NCBI GenBank assembly: GCA_951804945.1
Contig: OX638151.1
Coordinates: 64,604,001-64,668,000 of the forward strand
From: Podarcis cretensis
Lineage: Eukaryota
Direction: 5' to 3'
DNA: 64,000 nucleotides
The position numbers and the translations under genes were made by a program. The notes under the pieces are model-generated. The model saw only the letters and a list, made by a program, of their open reading frames with translations. It did no database searches and was not told the DNA's origin. Shown piece by piece: positions 63,801 through 64,000 of the stretch (within the stretch, counting starts at the first letter, position 1; the number at the start of each line of letters is the position of its first letter).

Positions 63801-64000
63801 GCCCACAGACATGCCCCCTCTTATTCTTCAGAGGTCTCTCATCCTCCTTGCCACAGTTGCTGCCACTATTGCTTCTGATTACTTGCTGGAAGGAGAGAGA
63901 GTGCGCAGCAGAGAGAGCTGCTGAGGAGGCAAAGGGATAGCAGCTCTTTCCCCCACCCCAATCTCTGCTGCCGCTGCTTAGGAAACCTCTTGCTTTGGGT

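Noticed and set aside
1-64000. CRISPR arrays, rRNA genes, prokaryotic operons, endogenous viral or LTR elements, autonomous transposase
   Set aside because: No repeat-spacer array, rRNA-like sequence, LTR pair or long non-LINE ORF was seen, and the DNA is vertebrate.

Overview
Eukaryotic, AT-rich, repeat-rich vertebrate DNA. The repeat content (Sauria SINEs, BovB/RTE, young L2-clade and L1-clade LINE fragments, CR1 3' ends, many hAT and Tc1/mariner-type MITEs) points to a squamate reptile, probably a lacertid lizard (inference). I recognise no known gene. All long ORFs in the track are retrotransposon remnants, their antisense frames, or microsatellite read-through. The window looks mostly intronic or intergenic and has two assembly gaps. 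The main unexplained signal is a chain of minus-strand candidate exons (59272-59372, 45048-45118, 27179-27275, 12579-12748, terminal exon from 7146). They have GT-AG boundaries, splice in frame at every junction, and give a ~147-codon ORF that I cannot assign to a family, followed by an AATAAA. Two ~98% identical Sauria SINEs in inverted orientation bracket the two middle exons, whose 168-nt sum would be stop-free if circularised. Other points of interest are datable nested insertions, MITEs carrying ETS/NRF1-like motifs, an OC1-like hAT element, and clusters of MEIS-type motifs. All family names come from recall, not database searches.
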